In this document: positions 11,791 through 26,475 of the stretch, one piece after another
Position numbering within the stretch: position 1 is the stretch's first letter
Layout: each line of letters starts with the position of its first letter
DNA from: the human T2T-CHM13v2.0 reference genome, Homo sapiens
Length of the DNA: 64,000 bases
Assembly (NCBI RefSeq): GCF_009914755.1
Contig: NC_060930.1
Direction: 5' to 3' (one strand)
Position numbers and translations under genes: made by a program
The notes under the pieces: generated by a model
What the model was told of the DNA's origin: nothing
Database searches by the model: none
What the model saw: the letters and a program-made list of their open reading frames with translations, nothing else

Positions 11791-13258
11791 TTGCCTCAAT
11801 ATAATCTTTCCAAAGAAGAGACATTCAGATAAAACATTTATGTTGTATTGTTCCTAAAAATCTCAAGTGTTAACAAGAAAGTCAGCAGAATTTTGCCACA
11901 TCAATTCTTTCAGTACAGACTCTGTGCTCATTTTAGTTATTGTCACTGTAATGCAGCTGATTGCAGGGAACTTCTTAGGCAGAAATAAAACCACTGATTT
12001 GGTGGGGGTGGGAGAGAGGGAGGGTGTGTGGTGGAGAGATGATGGTCCATTAATTTTGTGGATAAACACTACAATTTATTATTCAAAGCAATAAAAATCT
12101 TATCTTGAGCTTTTATAATAATGTTATTGCCAAAAATAGTTCCCTAGAGAGGAGAAATATGTAAAAACAGAATTTGGGGCGATAATAAACAATTTGGGAG
12201 GGAGCTATTTGACTAAATATGCATGCTTTCAGCCAAAAATTACACAAAAGTTATTAACAGATCCCACACAAAATATTTCTGCCTTAACATTGGGATGAAA
12301 TAGGCTTCTGATATCTTTAAGATGAGAACTGGTTTGAATTATTGTAACTTATATTCTGATATCATTTGAGAAGAGGTGCTCTCTAGTGAGGGTTATATAG
12401 GCAGCTCTTCCATTGCTGCTCTTTCCTTAGTGGCCTGGCTCATGAACACCTTCACCCAGACCCAAGAATTGGACTAATTTCTATAACGGACCAATTCCAC
12501 TCTCAGCAACAGCCCTGGTCAGAGGTGTAATCGGAAGCTGAGGCAGTCTGAAACACAATCGTTTTGTATGACCTTGATTCTGGTCATACAATACAATTGC
12601 TGCCTCACAATAGCATGTATAACTATCACTAAGGTCTATTTTTACATATAACTCACTTTATTTTTCTTCCACACTGCTTTCTCTTGTAGGGAAGAAAACA
12701 TTACACAGCATTCAATATGTTTTATATACATTACTCAGACTTGGCAATAATTAAATTAGAAATGCAACACATTAATCCAGCATTATATTATGATCAATTC
12801 AAAGATGTTCTGGTTCAAAGAATATTGTGCTACTTTGACCAATGAGTACAGAATATGGATGAGATGCTGCAATTTTTAACATAAACTTTCTAGGTAATGA
12901 AACTTTATATGCTGGTGTTAGTCAACAAAGGAAGGATGAAAGGTGAGGATAATGGGTTAAATGCCTTAAAATTTATAAAAGTTTTAACAGAAGGTAATTT
13001 AGAAGAAATTTAGTTTTAACCCCTCTCAGTTTACAGGTTTGGAAACAAATGCAGAAAGACGAAATCATCAGTGATCAAGTTAGACCAGTATTATTTCTTC
13101 TTGATGGATTTTCAATATTTATATTGACAATTACAAAAGTTTAATTAGAACCACATTGTACTCAATTAGGAAGCTTGGCTGTAGTTGGGGAGAAATAGAA
13201 TTTATTCTGGCCCTGTGAAGTATCCAGGGTTTTGTTTCTTCTTTTTTGTTTAATTCTC

Positions 13259-13626
13259 TGTCTTAATCATTTGGGCTACTATAACAAAAATACCATGGAC
13301 GAGGTGGCTTAAACAACAGAAATTTATTTCTCAGAGTTGTGGAAGTTGGGAGGTCCAAGAATATGGTGCGATGAAGGTGCTGACAGATCCAGTGCCTGGT
13401 GAGGGTCCATGTCCTGGCTTGCCATCTTCTTCCTTTATCCTTACATGGCAGAGAGCAGAATGAGAGAAAACATGCTCCCTGTATCTTTTTATAAGAGCAC
13501 CAATCCCATTCATAAGGGCTCTACCCTCATGATCTCACAAAGGCCCCACCTCCTAATATCATCAAATTGTGAGTTAGAATTGCAACATACAAATTTTGGG
13601 AGGACATAAGCAATTGGTCAATAGCA
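13259..13626 (-). mobile_element. MaLR solo LTR (MLT1A0/MSTD-like)
   Basis: TG...CA ends; 5-bp TSD ttctc at 13254-13258 and 13627-13631; motifs 'ggtggcttaaacaacagaaatttatttctca' and 'aaaggccccacctcctaata'. Confidence 0.9.
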
Positions 13627-14722
13627 TTCTCTTTTGTTTTAAAAACTCCTCTTTCAATATTATCTCAGAGGCAGACTGTTTGTTTCTCTATACAGAGACA
13701 TCACTATTTTGAGGTCTTTTTTGTTTCTTTTATGCACATGTCTGCTACAGCCAGTACTTGAGGCTATTTCTTAATGGAAACACCCTACTATAAATCATCT
13801 CAAAGCAGAAAATTCATGAGACACTGCAAAATCCCCAAAATTTGAGATGTATTTTTAAAAATGGTCCTGAATTCATCACAAGAAGCTGTGGTTTATGGTT
13901 AGGAAACAACTGTTTCAGAATAGAAGAAATTAGCAATTGAGAACACTAAAGAATATATATAGACACTGCATGGAGCCATGGGAATAGTTCTGACCCAGCC
14001 TTGAGTCCTTTATTCACTAGTGATATTAACAAATATCACTTGAAATCACTGGTCCTTAGGTTTCTCACCTCCACAAAGAAGAGACTGAATTGGAAAGTAT
14101 CTAAGATCCCTTGCTCTCAAATTCAGGTTTTCTCTTCTGCAATTTTATGCATTGAAGAGGACTTGGAAGCAAATTAATTATTTTTAGGTCACTGGCTCCC
14201 ATCAGATGCTTGGAACAGTTAAAAAAAAAAACTGGTGCTAGATAGGTAAGCATACAGTTTTTTTTTTTCCTCAAAATATAACCAAATACAATCATGAGTA
14301 AAAATATGTTTTAAACCATGTTTGGGAGGAAAAGTAAGACAGCTGCCTTGTTCTGTGAAACTTTTTTACAGGGATATCTCAAAGGATGGCTAGATTGTTG
14401 TTTTCAATCTAGAATTTAAGAGCAAAAAAATACTGGAGTCTACACAAATACTGTCCCAAAACTTTAAAAAGAAACAAACGTGGTTTGAAAAATGGAACTT
14501 GGTTTATTCAGTACCAAAAATAATACAAAGAATGATGGAAGCAATTAACACTTCTTCTCTTCCAATTAGAGTTGGCCTTAATGTCACATCAAGGACAGCT
14601 GTGGTCACACGGCTTCATTGTGTAAGATCTATAATTCAACCAGAGACAATGATTACCTGCATTTAGTGTTTGGCCATCTACAACTCCTTCATCACTATAA
14701 CACTGAGTGGAGGTTATTATTA

Positions 14723-15027
14723 TTTTTTTATTTTTATTTTTATTTTTTTGAGACAAAGTCTCTGTCACTCAGGCTGGAATTTAGTGGCGCAATCTCGGCT
14801 AACTGCAAGCTCCACCTCCCAGGTTCATGCCATTCTGCTGCCTCAGCCTCCCGAGTAGCTAGGATTACAGGCACCCTCCACCACACCTGGTTAATTTGTT
14901 TGTAATTTTAGTAGAGACGGGGTTTCACCGTGTTAGCCAAGATGGTCTCGATTTCCTGACCTTGTGATCTGCCCGCCTCAGCCTCCCAAAGTGCTGGGAT
15001 TACAGGCGTGAGCCTCTGCGCCTGGCC
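14723..15027 (-). mobile_element. AluY-like SINE inserted into an antisense MIR
   Basis: Dimeric Alu antisense with Y-type 'tgcaagctccacctcccaggttcatgccattct'. 17-bp TSD agtggaggttattatta at 14706-14722 and 15029-15045. MIR-like flanks. Confidence 0.95.
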
Positions 15028-17230
15028 AAGTGGAGGTTATTATTAACCCTATTTAACAGATATAAAAAGAAGAGATTAGAGAATTTTATCAATGTTCCCA
15101 CTGTCAAATAGAATATAAGCAATGATACAAAATGTTGAGTCTTCATCCTCTAACTCCAGATCCTGGTATATTGCCCTACATTTCCTATACATTAATACTA
15201 ACTTATACACTGAATAACAAGAGTAAAACCAACTGTCGGGGCTAAGTAGGGTGAAAATGTTCTTGCCCTTAGAGCACCAGGGTTGTCTGGTTTTATTCCT
15301 AGCATGTGGACTAGAAAGGCAATACATACTCTAATGGCAGGAGATAAAATAACTTGTGGCACTGTGCTTTTGGAGCAAAATGGAATTATAGAACAGAACC
15401 CAGCCATGAAGCATTTTATTACATGGTCACAAGTGTCACTATCTGTAGGGCACCATAAGTACACTCTATTTTAACCATCTTTGGCACAGGGGTATGTGCC
15501 AAAATATCTTTTAAAAATATAAAGAATATTTTTACCAATCACATTTATATTGTTCCTTATTCAAGCTTTTGTTTATGTAAGCCTATTTCTGAAACAAGAG
15601 TCTTGATGATAATTTAAGTGAATGAATTAATTAAAATTTAAGATGGCACACTTTTTGTACTAAAGAGGAGTTTAGAATCTATTCTAAATTTATTAGATCC
15701 ATTAACTCGCATTTACAGAATATATTGAAATGCATTCTGATTATATATATAAAATAATTTTATATTTTGGAATGAGGAACATGAACTATAATTGGTTTAG
15801 CCTACTAGCTTAAAACTTATAAGCCCCTTTCTTCTTTGTACATAATCAATATAGAAATATATTCATTTAATTTTTATTAGAAACTGGAGTTAGCTTGCAA
15901 TCAATATCAATATTCTTTCAGCGCATCCTGTTTTATAAAATAATTTTTCTAGTAGTATCAGAGAATTAGCCATATATAAACAGCGATTATGGTATTTACC
16001 ACACAGGTGTGGCTCTTTATAGATTACAAAACGTCACAAACTATGTCATCTCATTGATATCCAACAACTAGCCAAGGAGTCGTTATTTTTCTTTCAAATT
16101 TGGAGTTTCAAAACAAAACAAAAAACAAACATCTACCACCAATAATACAAAACACTTGGACTCCAAGTTTCAGATAATTTGTGGCCTTCGTACAGTTGGA
16201 AAGCCTCAAAAAGAACACATGAAACCATGGCTTCTATGCCCAAAGCTAGTATTTTCTGTCTCCTTAAGAATCAGCTTCTTGGAGATTATATCTTGGTATT
16301 TGTGATACCATATCTATGATATTTTTGGAACCAAAATGATTAAATTCTTTTTATGCCTTTCAATTATTCCTAAGCTATGGTTTCTTCATGTATGAAATGA
16401 AGTTAAGGTAGTTGTATGGATTAAATGAATCAACATATCTAGAGTACTTGGTACAAAATGTGGAATATAATTTTTAATTTCAATTAGTTGTACATTACTA
16501 ATGTTGCTTATAATTGCATGGCTAATTTAAGGTGAAATACTGTATAATAGAGAGACTATTGCCCCAGAAGTTAGAGATTCTGAAATGCTGTCTACATGAT
16601 ATCTTACAAGCTAAATTACATGAGTAAATTTTGTATAAATTACAGGTTTCAAGATAAATAAGCAAGGATAACTATACCTGTCTTATCTCTGTTAAACATA
16701 AATACATGAAGGCAAATGAATATAATTTAATGCTATTCAAAATACAACCACTTATGCTAATTTGCATGTGGTTTTTTGGTTGTCTGTAACTAAGAAATCT
16801 GGACATCATTTTTCTTGATGATTCATCAATATAAGAAGTATAAATATTTAGAAGGCATGATTGGCAAAAGTATTCCAAACCAGGAAGTATCAGAAATCAG
16901 GGCTAGAACAATTGTTTGCCCATTAGTCATCCCTCCAGAAATAACTCTGTAAATCATGAAGGAAAACATCTCATCAAATTCTCTTCTTGACACCACTATA
17001 CATGGAAATTTATACAGTTAAGTTTAGGGGCAATAAAATCTAAATAGAAAATATAAATTACCTAGAAACAATAGAACCTGTAATACTGACCAACAATCTG
17101 TAATGTGTAAGATTAGACTAGCTATGCTTACCTAAGTTTATTTTAGTATGACTATATTTCCTTTGGATCTTATTTTAACTCTCAGATTTTAGAGATGAAC
17201 AGGATAAGATAAAGAACAGTTAGTTTTTTT

Positions 17231-17305
17231 TTTATTAACCTACGAAGAGTATGTTAGCATCCTATATTTAAAATATCATCTGGAAAACATTTTCCCTTTA
17301 AATAT
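17231..17305 (+). repeat. 75-bp dispersed direct repeat, copy 1
   Basis: 66/75 identical, ungapped, to 24985-25059. Confidence 0.9.
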
Positions 17306-17401
17306 TCAGATCCATTAATTAAATAAATTTATATTTGTGTACAGAAAATTTTAAAATTTCTTCTGTTTTATTTATCAGAAAGTTGCATCATTTCAAAATG
17401 T

Positions 17402-18758
17402 AAACATACCAATAAGGAGTAACAAGATTGACTCAGTAATAAAAAATAACCTCCCACAAGGAAAAGCCCAGGATCAGATGGGTTCACAGTCAAATTCTAC
17501 CAAACAGACAAATAAAAAGTAATACCAATTCTTCTGAAACTGTTTCAAATTCAAGGGAGGGACTCCTCCCCAACTCATTCTAGAAGGCCAATATCACTCT
17601 GATATCAAAACCAAGCAATGACATTTTTAAAAAAGAAGCTTAAAACCAATATTCCTGATGAACACAGACACAAAAATCTTTAACAAAATACTAGCCAACT
17701 GAATCCAGCAGCACATAAAAAAAAAATACACCATGATCAAGTGGGCTTTATATCAGACATGCAAGAATGGTTCCACATATGCAAATCAACAAATGTGATA
17801 CATCACATAAACAGAATTAAGGAAAAAAATCATGATCATCTCAATAGATGCAGAGAAAGCATTTGATAAAGTTCAGCATCCCTTCATGATAAAAACTCAG
17901 CAAGCTAGGCATAGAAAGAATATACTCAAAATAATAAAGGGCATATGCAACAAACTCACAGTCAACATCATACTGAATGGGGAAAAGTTGAGAGCATTTT
18001 CTCTAAGAACTGGAATAAGACAATGATGCCTACTTTTACCATGTCTATTCAACATAGTACTGGAAATCATAGCCAAAGCAATCAGGCAAGAAAAAGAAAT
18101 AAAAGGCATCCAAATTGGAAAAGAGTAAGTCAAACTGTCCCTGTCTGCTGGTGATGTGATCTTATATCTAGTAAAACCTAGAGAGTCTACCAAAAAATTC
18201 TTAGATTTGATAAATAAATTTAGTAAAGTTACAGGATACAAAATCAAAGCACAAAAATGAGTAGCATCTCTATACAACAATAACGATGTAAGTAAGAAGG
18301 AAATAAAAGAGACAAGTGTATGTATAATAGCTTTAAAAAACCCTAGGAATAAATTTAATCAAGGGGTTGAAAGATCTCTACATGGAAAACTACAAAACAC
18401 TGATGGAAGAAACTGTAGAGGACACAAATTGAAAAAAATTCCATGCTCATTATCAGAAGAATTAATATCACTAAAATGACCATAATACACAAAGCTATCT
18501 ACAGATTCACTGGTATTCCTGTCAAAATACAAATATCTTTTTTTTTACAGAATTAAAAAAAGTAATCCTAAAATGTATATGGAACCAAAAAAAAAAAAAA
18601 AAAAAGAAAAAGACCTGAATAGCCAAAGCAATCCTAAGCAACAAGCACAATGTGGGAGGTGACACATTACCTGATTTCAAATTATACCACAAAGCTGTAG
18701 TAACCAAAACAGCATGCACTGGTATAAAAATAGACACATACATCAACAGGACAGGGAT
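17402..18758 (+). mobile_element. Old LINE-1 (L1PB4-like) ORF2 RT region, left part
   Basis: ORF 17832-18026 [21 protein letters not shown] (L1 RT); frameshifts and stops; interrupted by Charlie3. Confidence 0.85.
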
Positions 18759-18766
18759 CTATAGAG

Positions 18767-20500
18767 CAGGGGTCCCAAGCCCCCAGGAAATTAGGAACTG
18801 GGCTGCACAGCTGGAGGTGAGTGACTGGTAAGGGAGCTAAACTTCATCTATATTTACAGCCACTCCCCATTATTTGCATTACTGCCTGAGCTCTGCCTCC
18901 TGTCACATCAGTGGTGGCATTAGATTCTCATAAGATTGCGAATGTTATTGTGAACTGTGCATGTGAGGGATCTAGGTTGTGTTCTCCTTATGAGAATCCA
19001 ATGCCTGATGATCTGAGGTGGAGCTGAGGTCGTGATGCTAGCAATGGGGAGTGGCTGAAAATACAGATTAACATGAGCAGAGAGGTTTGACTGTACAGAG
19101 ACCATGATAAATCAGTTGCTCACAGACTCATAACCCTATCAGTGACTGTCAGTGACAATTAAGCTGCATCTGGTGGCTTGCTTTATAGTGGCAAGTGAGT
19201 TGACGTACAACTGTACAGCTGCATTTGGTGGCAGGCTTTAAGTCAGAATCTTACACTTATTTTAGTCTGCGTTTGACCCATCCATTGTTTCATTTACCAC
19301 TTTCATCCACGCCTCTTTCCTTCACTGCACACTTGTCTCAGTCACAATTTTGGCAAGCCCACAAGCTAACCTCATCTAAAATAAATATAAAACAAACCTC
19401 ACTAGAGAGCTTCTTTGAAAATGGGGAAGAACCCAATGATGAGACAGCAGAAGACACTAAGGCTGCCAACAACAAAAAAGCTACATTTAAAATAAAATAG
19501 CAAGAGTCCTACTTAAATTACAAGTTCATTGCAACAGGTGATTCATATTCTCCAAGCTTGCTTTGTATAATATGTGGCAACTGGCTACCCAACAAAGCCA
19601 TGAAACCTTCAAACTGCTTTGCCACATGGAGACCAAGCACCCTGCATTAAAAGAGAAGCCTTTGGAATTTTTCATAAGAAAAAAAATGTGAACACAAAGA
19701 ACAGAAGCAATTATTGAAGACCATCACTTCATCAAATGTGTTTGCACTGAGAGCATCATTTTAGTGGCTTACCACTTTGCTAAAGCCAAGGAGCCCTTTA
19801 CTATTGGTGAAGAGTTGATCCACCCTATTGCTAAGGACATTTGTTCCAAAGGTGGCATGTGTTCCTCTTTTGGCTGTTATCATAACTAGATGAATTTGTG
19901 AAATAGCAGAGGATATGAGGCCCAAATGTTAGAAAGGATTAATGAGTCACCATGGTATGAAATTCAGGTTGATAAGTCTACCAATGTTGACAATAAGGCA
20001 ACAATACTTGTTTTTGTGCGATATATTATTCAGGAGGATGTGCATGAAGATATGTTATGTGAACTTTTGTGGCCAACCAGCATCACAGCTGCCGAACTAG
20101 TCAAGTCTTTGAATGATTACATATCAGGAAAACTGAATTGGTAATTTTGTGTCAGTATATGCATGGACGGAGTGGCTACATGAGTGGATAGCTTTCTGGT
20201 TTCACTAATTGGGTCAAAGAGGTTGCTTCTGAATGTGAGTCTATGTACTGTGTCCTCCATAGAGAAATGCTGCTAGCTGAAAAATGTCATCTGAACTTAA
20301 GAACATTTTGCAGGATGTGATTAAAATTATCAACCACATTGAAGTACATGTCTTTAACTCACATCAATTTGAACAGCTCTGTGAGGAGATGGACACAGAG
20401 CACATATATCTTCTCTTATACACAGAAGCAAGTTGACTTTCTAAAGGTAGATCACTGGCTAGAGTTTTTGAATTATGAGAGCCACTCCAGCATTTCTTTT
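18767..20500 (+). mobile_element. Charlie3 (autonomous MER1-family hAT DNA transposon), left ~1.7 kb with decayed transposase
   Basis: Left TIR caggggtccc after 8-bp ctatagag (Charlie target preference); MER1-type left arm; Buster/ZBED5-like transposase remnants (ORF 19926-20144 WYEIQVDKSTNVDNKATILVFVRY; 'tgtgtcctccatagagaaatg' = CxxHRE). No right TIR seen. Confidence 0.88.
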
Positions 20501-22584
20501 TTTTTTAAACTTTTAGGTTCAGGGATACAAGTGCAGGTTTGTTACACAGGTAAATTTGTGTTGGTTTGTTGTACAGATTATTTCATCACCCAGGTATTAA
20601 GCCTAGTACCCGTTAGTTACTTTTCCTGATTCTCTCCCTCCTCCCACTCTCCAACCTTTGAACGGCCCCAGTGTGTATTGTTCCCCTCTATGTGTCCACG
20701 TGTTCTCATCATTTAGCTCCCACTTTTAAGGGAGAATACGCAGTATTTGGTTTTCTGTTCCTGTGTTAGTTTGCTAAGGATAATGGCCTCCAGCTCTGTC
20801 CATGTCCCTGCAAAGGACATAATCTCATTTTTTATGACTGCCGAGTATTCCATGGTGTATATGTACCACATTTTCTTTATCCAGTCTCTCATTGATGGAC
20901 ATTTAAGTTGATTCCATGTCTTTGCTATTATGAATAGTGCTACAATGAACTTTTTATGATAGAACAATTTATATTCCTTTAGGTAAATACCCAGTCATGG
21001 GATTGCTGGGTTGAATGGTATTTCTATCTTTAGGTCTTTGAGGAATCGTCATACTGTCTTCCACAATGGCTGAACTAATTTACATTCCCACCAACAGTTT
21101 ATAAGAATTCCCTTTTTTCTCTACAATCTCGCCAGCATGTTATTTTTTGACTTTTTATAGTAGTCATTCTCACTGATGTGAGATGGTATTTCATTGTAGT
21201 TTTGATGTGGATTCGTCTAATGATCAGTGATGTTGAGCCTTTTTTCATATAATTTTTGGCTGCAAGTATGTCTTCTTCTGAAAAGTGTTGGTTCATGTCC
21301 TTTGCCCACTTTTTTATGGGGTTGTTTTTGTTTTCTTGTAAATGTGTTTGAGTTCCTTATAGATGCTTCTTTGTTGGATGCATAGTTAGCAAAAATTTTC
21401 TCCCATTCTGTAGGTTGTCTGTTTACTCCACTGATAGTTTCTTTTGCTGTGCAGAAGCTCTTAGGTTTAATTAGATCCCATTTGTGAACTATTGCTTTTG
21501 TTGCAATTGCTTTTGGCATCTTCATCATGACATTTTTGCCCATGCCTGTCCTGAATGGTATTGCCTAGGTTGTCTTCCAGGGTTTTTATAATTTTGGTTT
21601 TTACATTTAAGTGTTTCATTCATCTTGAGTTAAGTTTTGTATATGGTGTAAGTAAGGGTTCCAGTTTCAATCTTCTGCATATGGCTAGCCAGTTATGTAA
21701 ACACCATTTATTGAAGAGGGAATCCATTCCTCATTGCTTGTTTTTGTAAGGTTTGTTGAAGATCATATAGTTGTAGGTGTGTGGTCTTATATCTGGGTCC
21801 TCTATTCTGTTCCATTGGTCTATGTGTCTATTTTTAGATCAGTACCATGATGTTTTGGTTACTGCAGCCATGTAGTATAGTTGGAAGTCAGGTAGGGTGA
21901 TGCCTCCAGCTTTTACTCCAGATACATTTAAAATAGTTTTTTCCAGTTCTGTGAAGAACGCACTCCTCAGCAAATACAAAATAACTGAAATAATAACAAA
22001 CATTGATTTTCCTGAGTCTCAGACCCAGGAAAATCAAATTAGAACTCGAGACGAAGAAATTCACTTAAAACCATATGATTATATGGAAATTGAATAACCT
22101 GTTCCCAAATGACTTTTAAATAAATAATGAAATTAAGGCAGAAGTCAAGGAGTTCTTTAAAACTAATGAGAACAAAGATACAACATACCAGAATCTCTGG
22201 GACACAGCTAAAGCAGTGGTAAGAGGGAATTTATAGCACTAAATGCCCATATAAAAAGTTATAAAGATCTCAAGTTAACAACCTAACATCACAACTAAAA
22301 GAACTAGAAAACCAAGAGCAAACAAATCCCAAAGCTAGCAGAAGACAAGAAATAGCCAAAATCAAAGCTGAATTCAAGGAGATAGAGATACAAACCATCA
22401 TTCAAACGATTAATGAATCCAGGTGCTGGTTTTTTGAAAAAAACAAAATAAATAGATAGACTGCTAGCTAGACTAATAAAGAAGAAAAGAGATCAGATAA
22501 ACACAATCAGAAATAATAAGGGGGATATTACCATAACCACACAGAAATACAAACAACCATTAGAGAATATTATAAATATGTCTA

Positions 22585-23019
<435 letters not shown>

Positions 23020-23215
23020 CTAAAATTGAGTCAGTAATAAATAGCCTACCAACCCAAAAAAGCCCAGGACCAGACAGGTTTACAGCTGAATTTTACCAGA
23101 GGTACAAAGAAGAGCTGGTACCATTCCTACTGAAACTGAAATTGAAAAGGAGGTACTCCTCCCTAACTGATTCTGTGAGGCAAGCGTCATCCTGATACAA
23201 AAAGCTGGCAGAGAT

Positions 23216-23239
23216 ACAACAACAACAACAACAACAACA
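23216..23239. repeat. (ACA)8 microsatellite
   Basis: Direct read. Confidence 0.9.
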
Positions 23240-23255
23240 AAATCTTTAGGCCAAT

Positions 23256-24260
23256 GCAACAAAATGAAAAATAGACAAATGGACTTAGTTAAACTGAAAA
23301 GCTTCTGCACAGCAAAAGTAATAATCAACAGAGTGAACAGACAACCTGCAGTATAGGAGAAAATATTTGCAAATGATTCGTCTGACAGACAATATACAAT
23401 GAACTTAACAACAACAGGAAAACAAATAATTCCATTAAAACGATGTCAAATGACATGAATGGACATTTTTCAAAAGAAGATATGCAAATGGCCAACAGAT
23501 ATATGAAAAAAATGCTCAACATCACTAATTACCTGAAATGAAAATTAAAACCACAATGAGATATCATCTTATACCAGTCAGAATGGCTATTACTAAAAAA
23601 CAGATGTTAGTGAGGGTGAGGTAAAAGAGAACTCTTATACACTGTTGGTGGGAATTTAAATTAGTGCAACCTCTTTGGAAAACATTATGAAGATTTCTCA
23701 AAGAACTTAAAATAGTATTGCTATTCCATCCAGCAATCCCACTACTGGATATCTACTCAAAATAAAATAAAGAAATCAATATATCAGAAAGATACCTGCA
23801 CTCATATGTTTATCACAGGACTATTCACAATAACAAAGATAGAAATCAGCCTAAGCATCTATTAATGGATGATTAGATAAAGAAAATGTAGTATATACAC
23901 AATACAATACTATGTATCCATAAAAATGAATGAAATCCTATCTTTCGCACTAACATGGATGGAACTGGAGGTCAATATGTTAAATGAAACACTCAGACAC
24001 AGGAAGTCAAATATCACAGGTTTTCACTCATAAGTAGGAAATAAAAATATGTACACATGGACATAGAGAGTAGAATAATAGACAACAGAGACTTGGGAAG
24101 TTAAAGGGTTAGGAGGGAGGTGGAATACAAGAAACTGCTTAAAGGATACAACATATGTTATTGGGGTGATAGATATCCTAAAAGCTCTGATTTGACTGCT
24201 AGGCAATCTATGCATGTAAGAGAATTTCTCTTGTACCTCATAAATTTATACATTTTTAAA
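23256..24260 (+). mobile_element. L1PB4-like LINE-1, right part (ORF2 end and 3'UTR)
   Basis: Resumes at 'gcaacaaaatgaaaaatagacaaatgg'; PB-type end 'cctaaaagctctgatttgactgct...ttgtacctcataaatttatac'. Confidence 0.82.
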
Positions 24261-24984
24261 GTAAACTATTGATGGTTGATGCTACTTACATTAATATCTA
24301 ATTTAAGAATCCTGTGAGAAATTGTTGAAACTGATTGTATTAAAAACATGGTCTCCCTGGATTATAGGTTCTTCATGGATAGAGAGTGCACTAACTTACT
24401 GTAGTCCAAATATTCAACATAATATTGTTAAATACATAGTTGTGAATTAAGAGTTGTGAAATTTATGTATTCTCTTGAGGTAATTACTGCTACGTGAAAT
24501 GATGACTTCTTCTTAGTGATGCTAGGACTTGTCAGGTGCTTATTTCTAAAAAGCTAAATTTAAGTAGTCAAAATGGGCAAGTTTCTTTTCCCTAACAAAA
24601 TACAATCTTCAAATTAGTATTCTGATCATTACTAAATATATACTAAACGGTAAACTTTAACACCTAAAGACTTAGGAAGCCATGTCCTCTGTCAGTCAGT
24701 GATCTTAGATGCGAGTAATAAAAACCTCTTGAAGTAGTTTTTAAAAAAATATTTAAGAATATTAAAGAGCTTTCCAAATAGGAAAGTCAGATGGTCAAGC
24801 CAAAGACCACACATTCAAAGATAATATTCAAATCACATTTACTGTGTCTATTTTAGCCACTGTAGATACGACACAAATGCCATACTAGTTGTTGCTGATG
24901 TAAGTGGCAGAATCTCCATCCCACTGCCCTAGAAGCTTCATCACACCATCATTCTCAAATAAATTCCTCTTGGTTTATTCTTTC

Positions 24985-25059
24985 TTTATTAACCTCCAAA
25001 GAATATGTTAGCATCCTATACTCACACTATCATTTGGAAAATATTTTCCCTTTAAATAT
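24985..25059 (+). repeat. 75-bp dispersed direct repeat, copy 2
   Basis: 66/75 identical to 17231-17305. Confidence 0.9.
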
Positions 25060-25959
25060 ACATAAGGTATACATAAGTAGTACACCCTTGCTTACCTAGA
25101 AAAAGAATGTTATTAGACTTTCATCTTTTTTAGACAACTACATGATAAATCTGAGGAGTGATTTTTCAGAGACTATAATGACTATTGACTATAATGATGT
25201 CTATCTAATATGTCTGCTGAAGACATGTCACATTGTCCATGTCTGAATTAAAGTCTTATGTAGTTGAGTCTGATTGGCAGAGCCAACATGACAGGCCAGC
25301 AACCTGGGTACAAATGGAGGTTAGCAAAGTGGAATTCTTGCTTCTGCTTGAGTTAGGAGTATGTGGGATGCTTAAGACAGGAAATTTTCCCAGCACCAAA
25401 AGGAATATAAAAAGTGCTGTGGCTCCAGAAACATCACACATTTCCCTCACAGATCCCTACCCACCTCTTCATCTTCACTCCGCCCACACATTCTGGCTCT
25501 CTATGTTTTATTCACAATTGTCTTTTTTTTTTAGGTTATCCTTAACGGAAGGATTTTTATATATGCTGTGTTTAATTCTCTACAAAAATATAGAATAATA
25601 CTTATTTCCTTGCTTGCCTAAAATAAATATAAAATAAGGAAGCTTACAGACAATTTGAGAAGCATAAACCCATTTAAATATAAGGTATAGCTATTAACAT
25701 AGTTATCCCTTAACATCTTTGCTAAAGGACAAGAGCATATTAGATAGACATCATTACAGTCTCAGGAATATCATGCCTTAGTTATCTCATGCAGTCTCAG
25801 GCTAAAGGAGATGAGAAAGTATAATAACATTCGTGTTCTAGGTAAGTAAGAATGTACTACTTATTAACGAAAAGAAGAGTTCCTTAAAATAAGTATGAAA
25901 AAAGCTTTGACTGCAAGAGTAATGTTTAAATATTAAAGGCTTTTCATTAATTAATTTTA

Positions 25960-26195
25960 GGCAGTTTAGCATAGTTGTTAAGGGTATGAGCTTTGCAATG
26001 ACCCAGACATGAACTGTTGGATCCTGAGTTACGCATTTTTTGACTGGGAGATTTATTCACCTCTTTAAGTTCTAGTTTCATCTTTTGAAAATTTCTTCCT
26101 CCATGAAATTATAGCAATTAGTAGAGATAAAATGTATAAATTACATATTACAGCACCTGGCGTATATTATGTGATCAAAATGCAAGTTATTGTAA
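25960..26195 (+). mobile_element. MIR
   Basis: 'gcagtttagcatagttgttaagggtatgagctttg...cagcacctggcgtatattatgtgatcaaaa'. Confidence 0.7.
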
Positions 26196-26475
26196 ATGTT
26201 TTCATAAATGTAACATTGGAGGAAAGTGGTTGAAATCACAGCATTTAATTTAGTCTCCTTTTTTGTGGCAAGTGTGTTTATTTTGAAAGTTGTCTAATAT
26301 ATTGGACTGGAAGGAAATCAGTTGTTGGACTTTCGTGATTCGTATTTCTGGAAAGAAATCTCTTTTCTATTGCACATTCTAGAAGACATGACCAAAGGTG
26401 GTAATTTTTTAATAATTTTACTTTTGAACTGACATTGCTGAGTTAAATGCTCTTAATGTGTTTATACAAAATTCT

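Noticed and set aside
12660-12695. Strong isolated splice acceptors (also ~30535-30550 and ~57990-58003)
   Set aside because: No convincing paired donor or reading frame; such motifs are common in AT-rich DNA.
25233-25598. 121-aa ORF (and the 116-aa ORF at 27902-28252)
   Set aside because: No domain or splice support; lengths are compatible with chance; the second lies in probable MaLR internal sequence.
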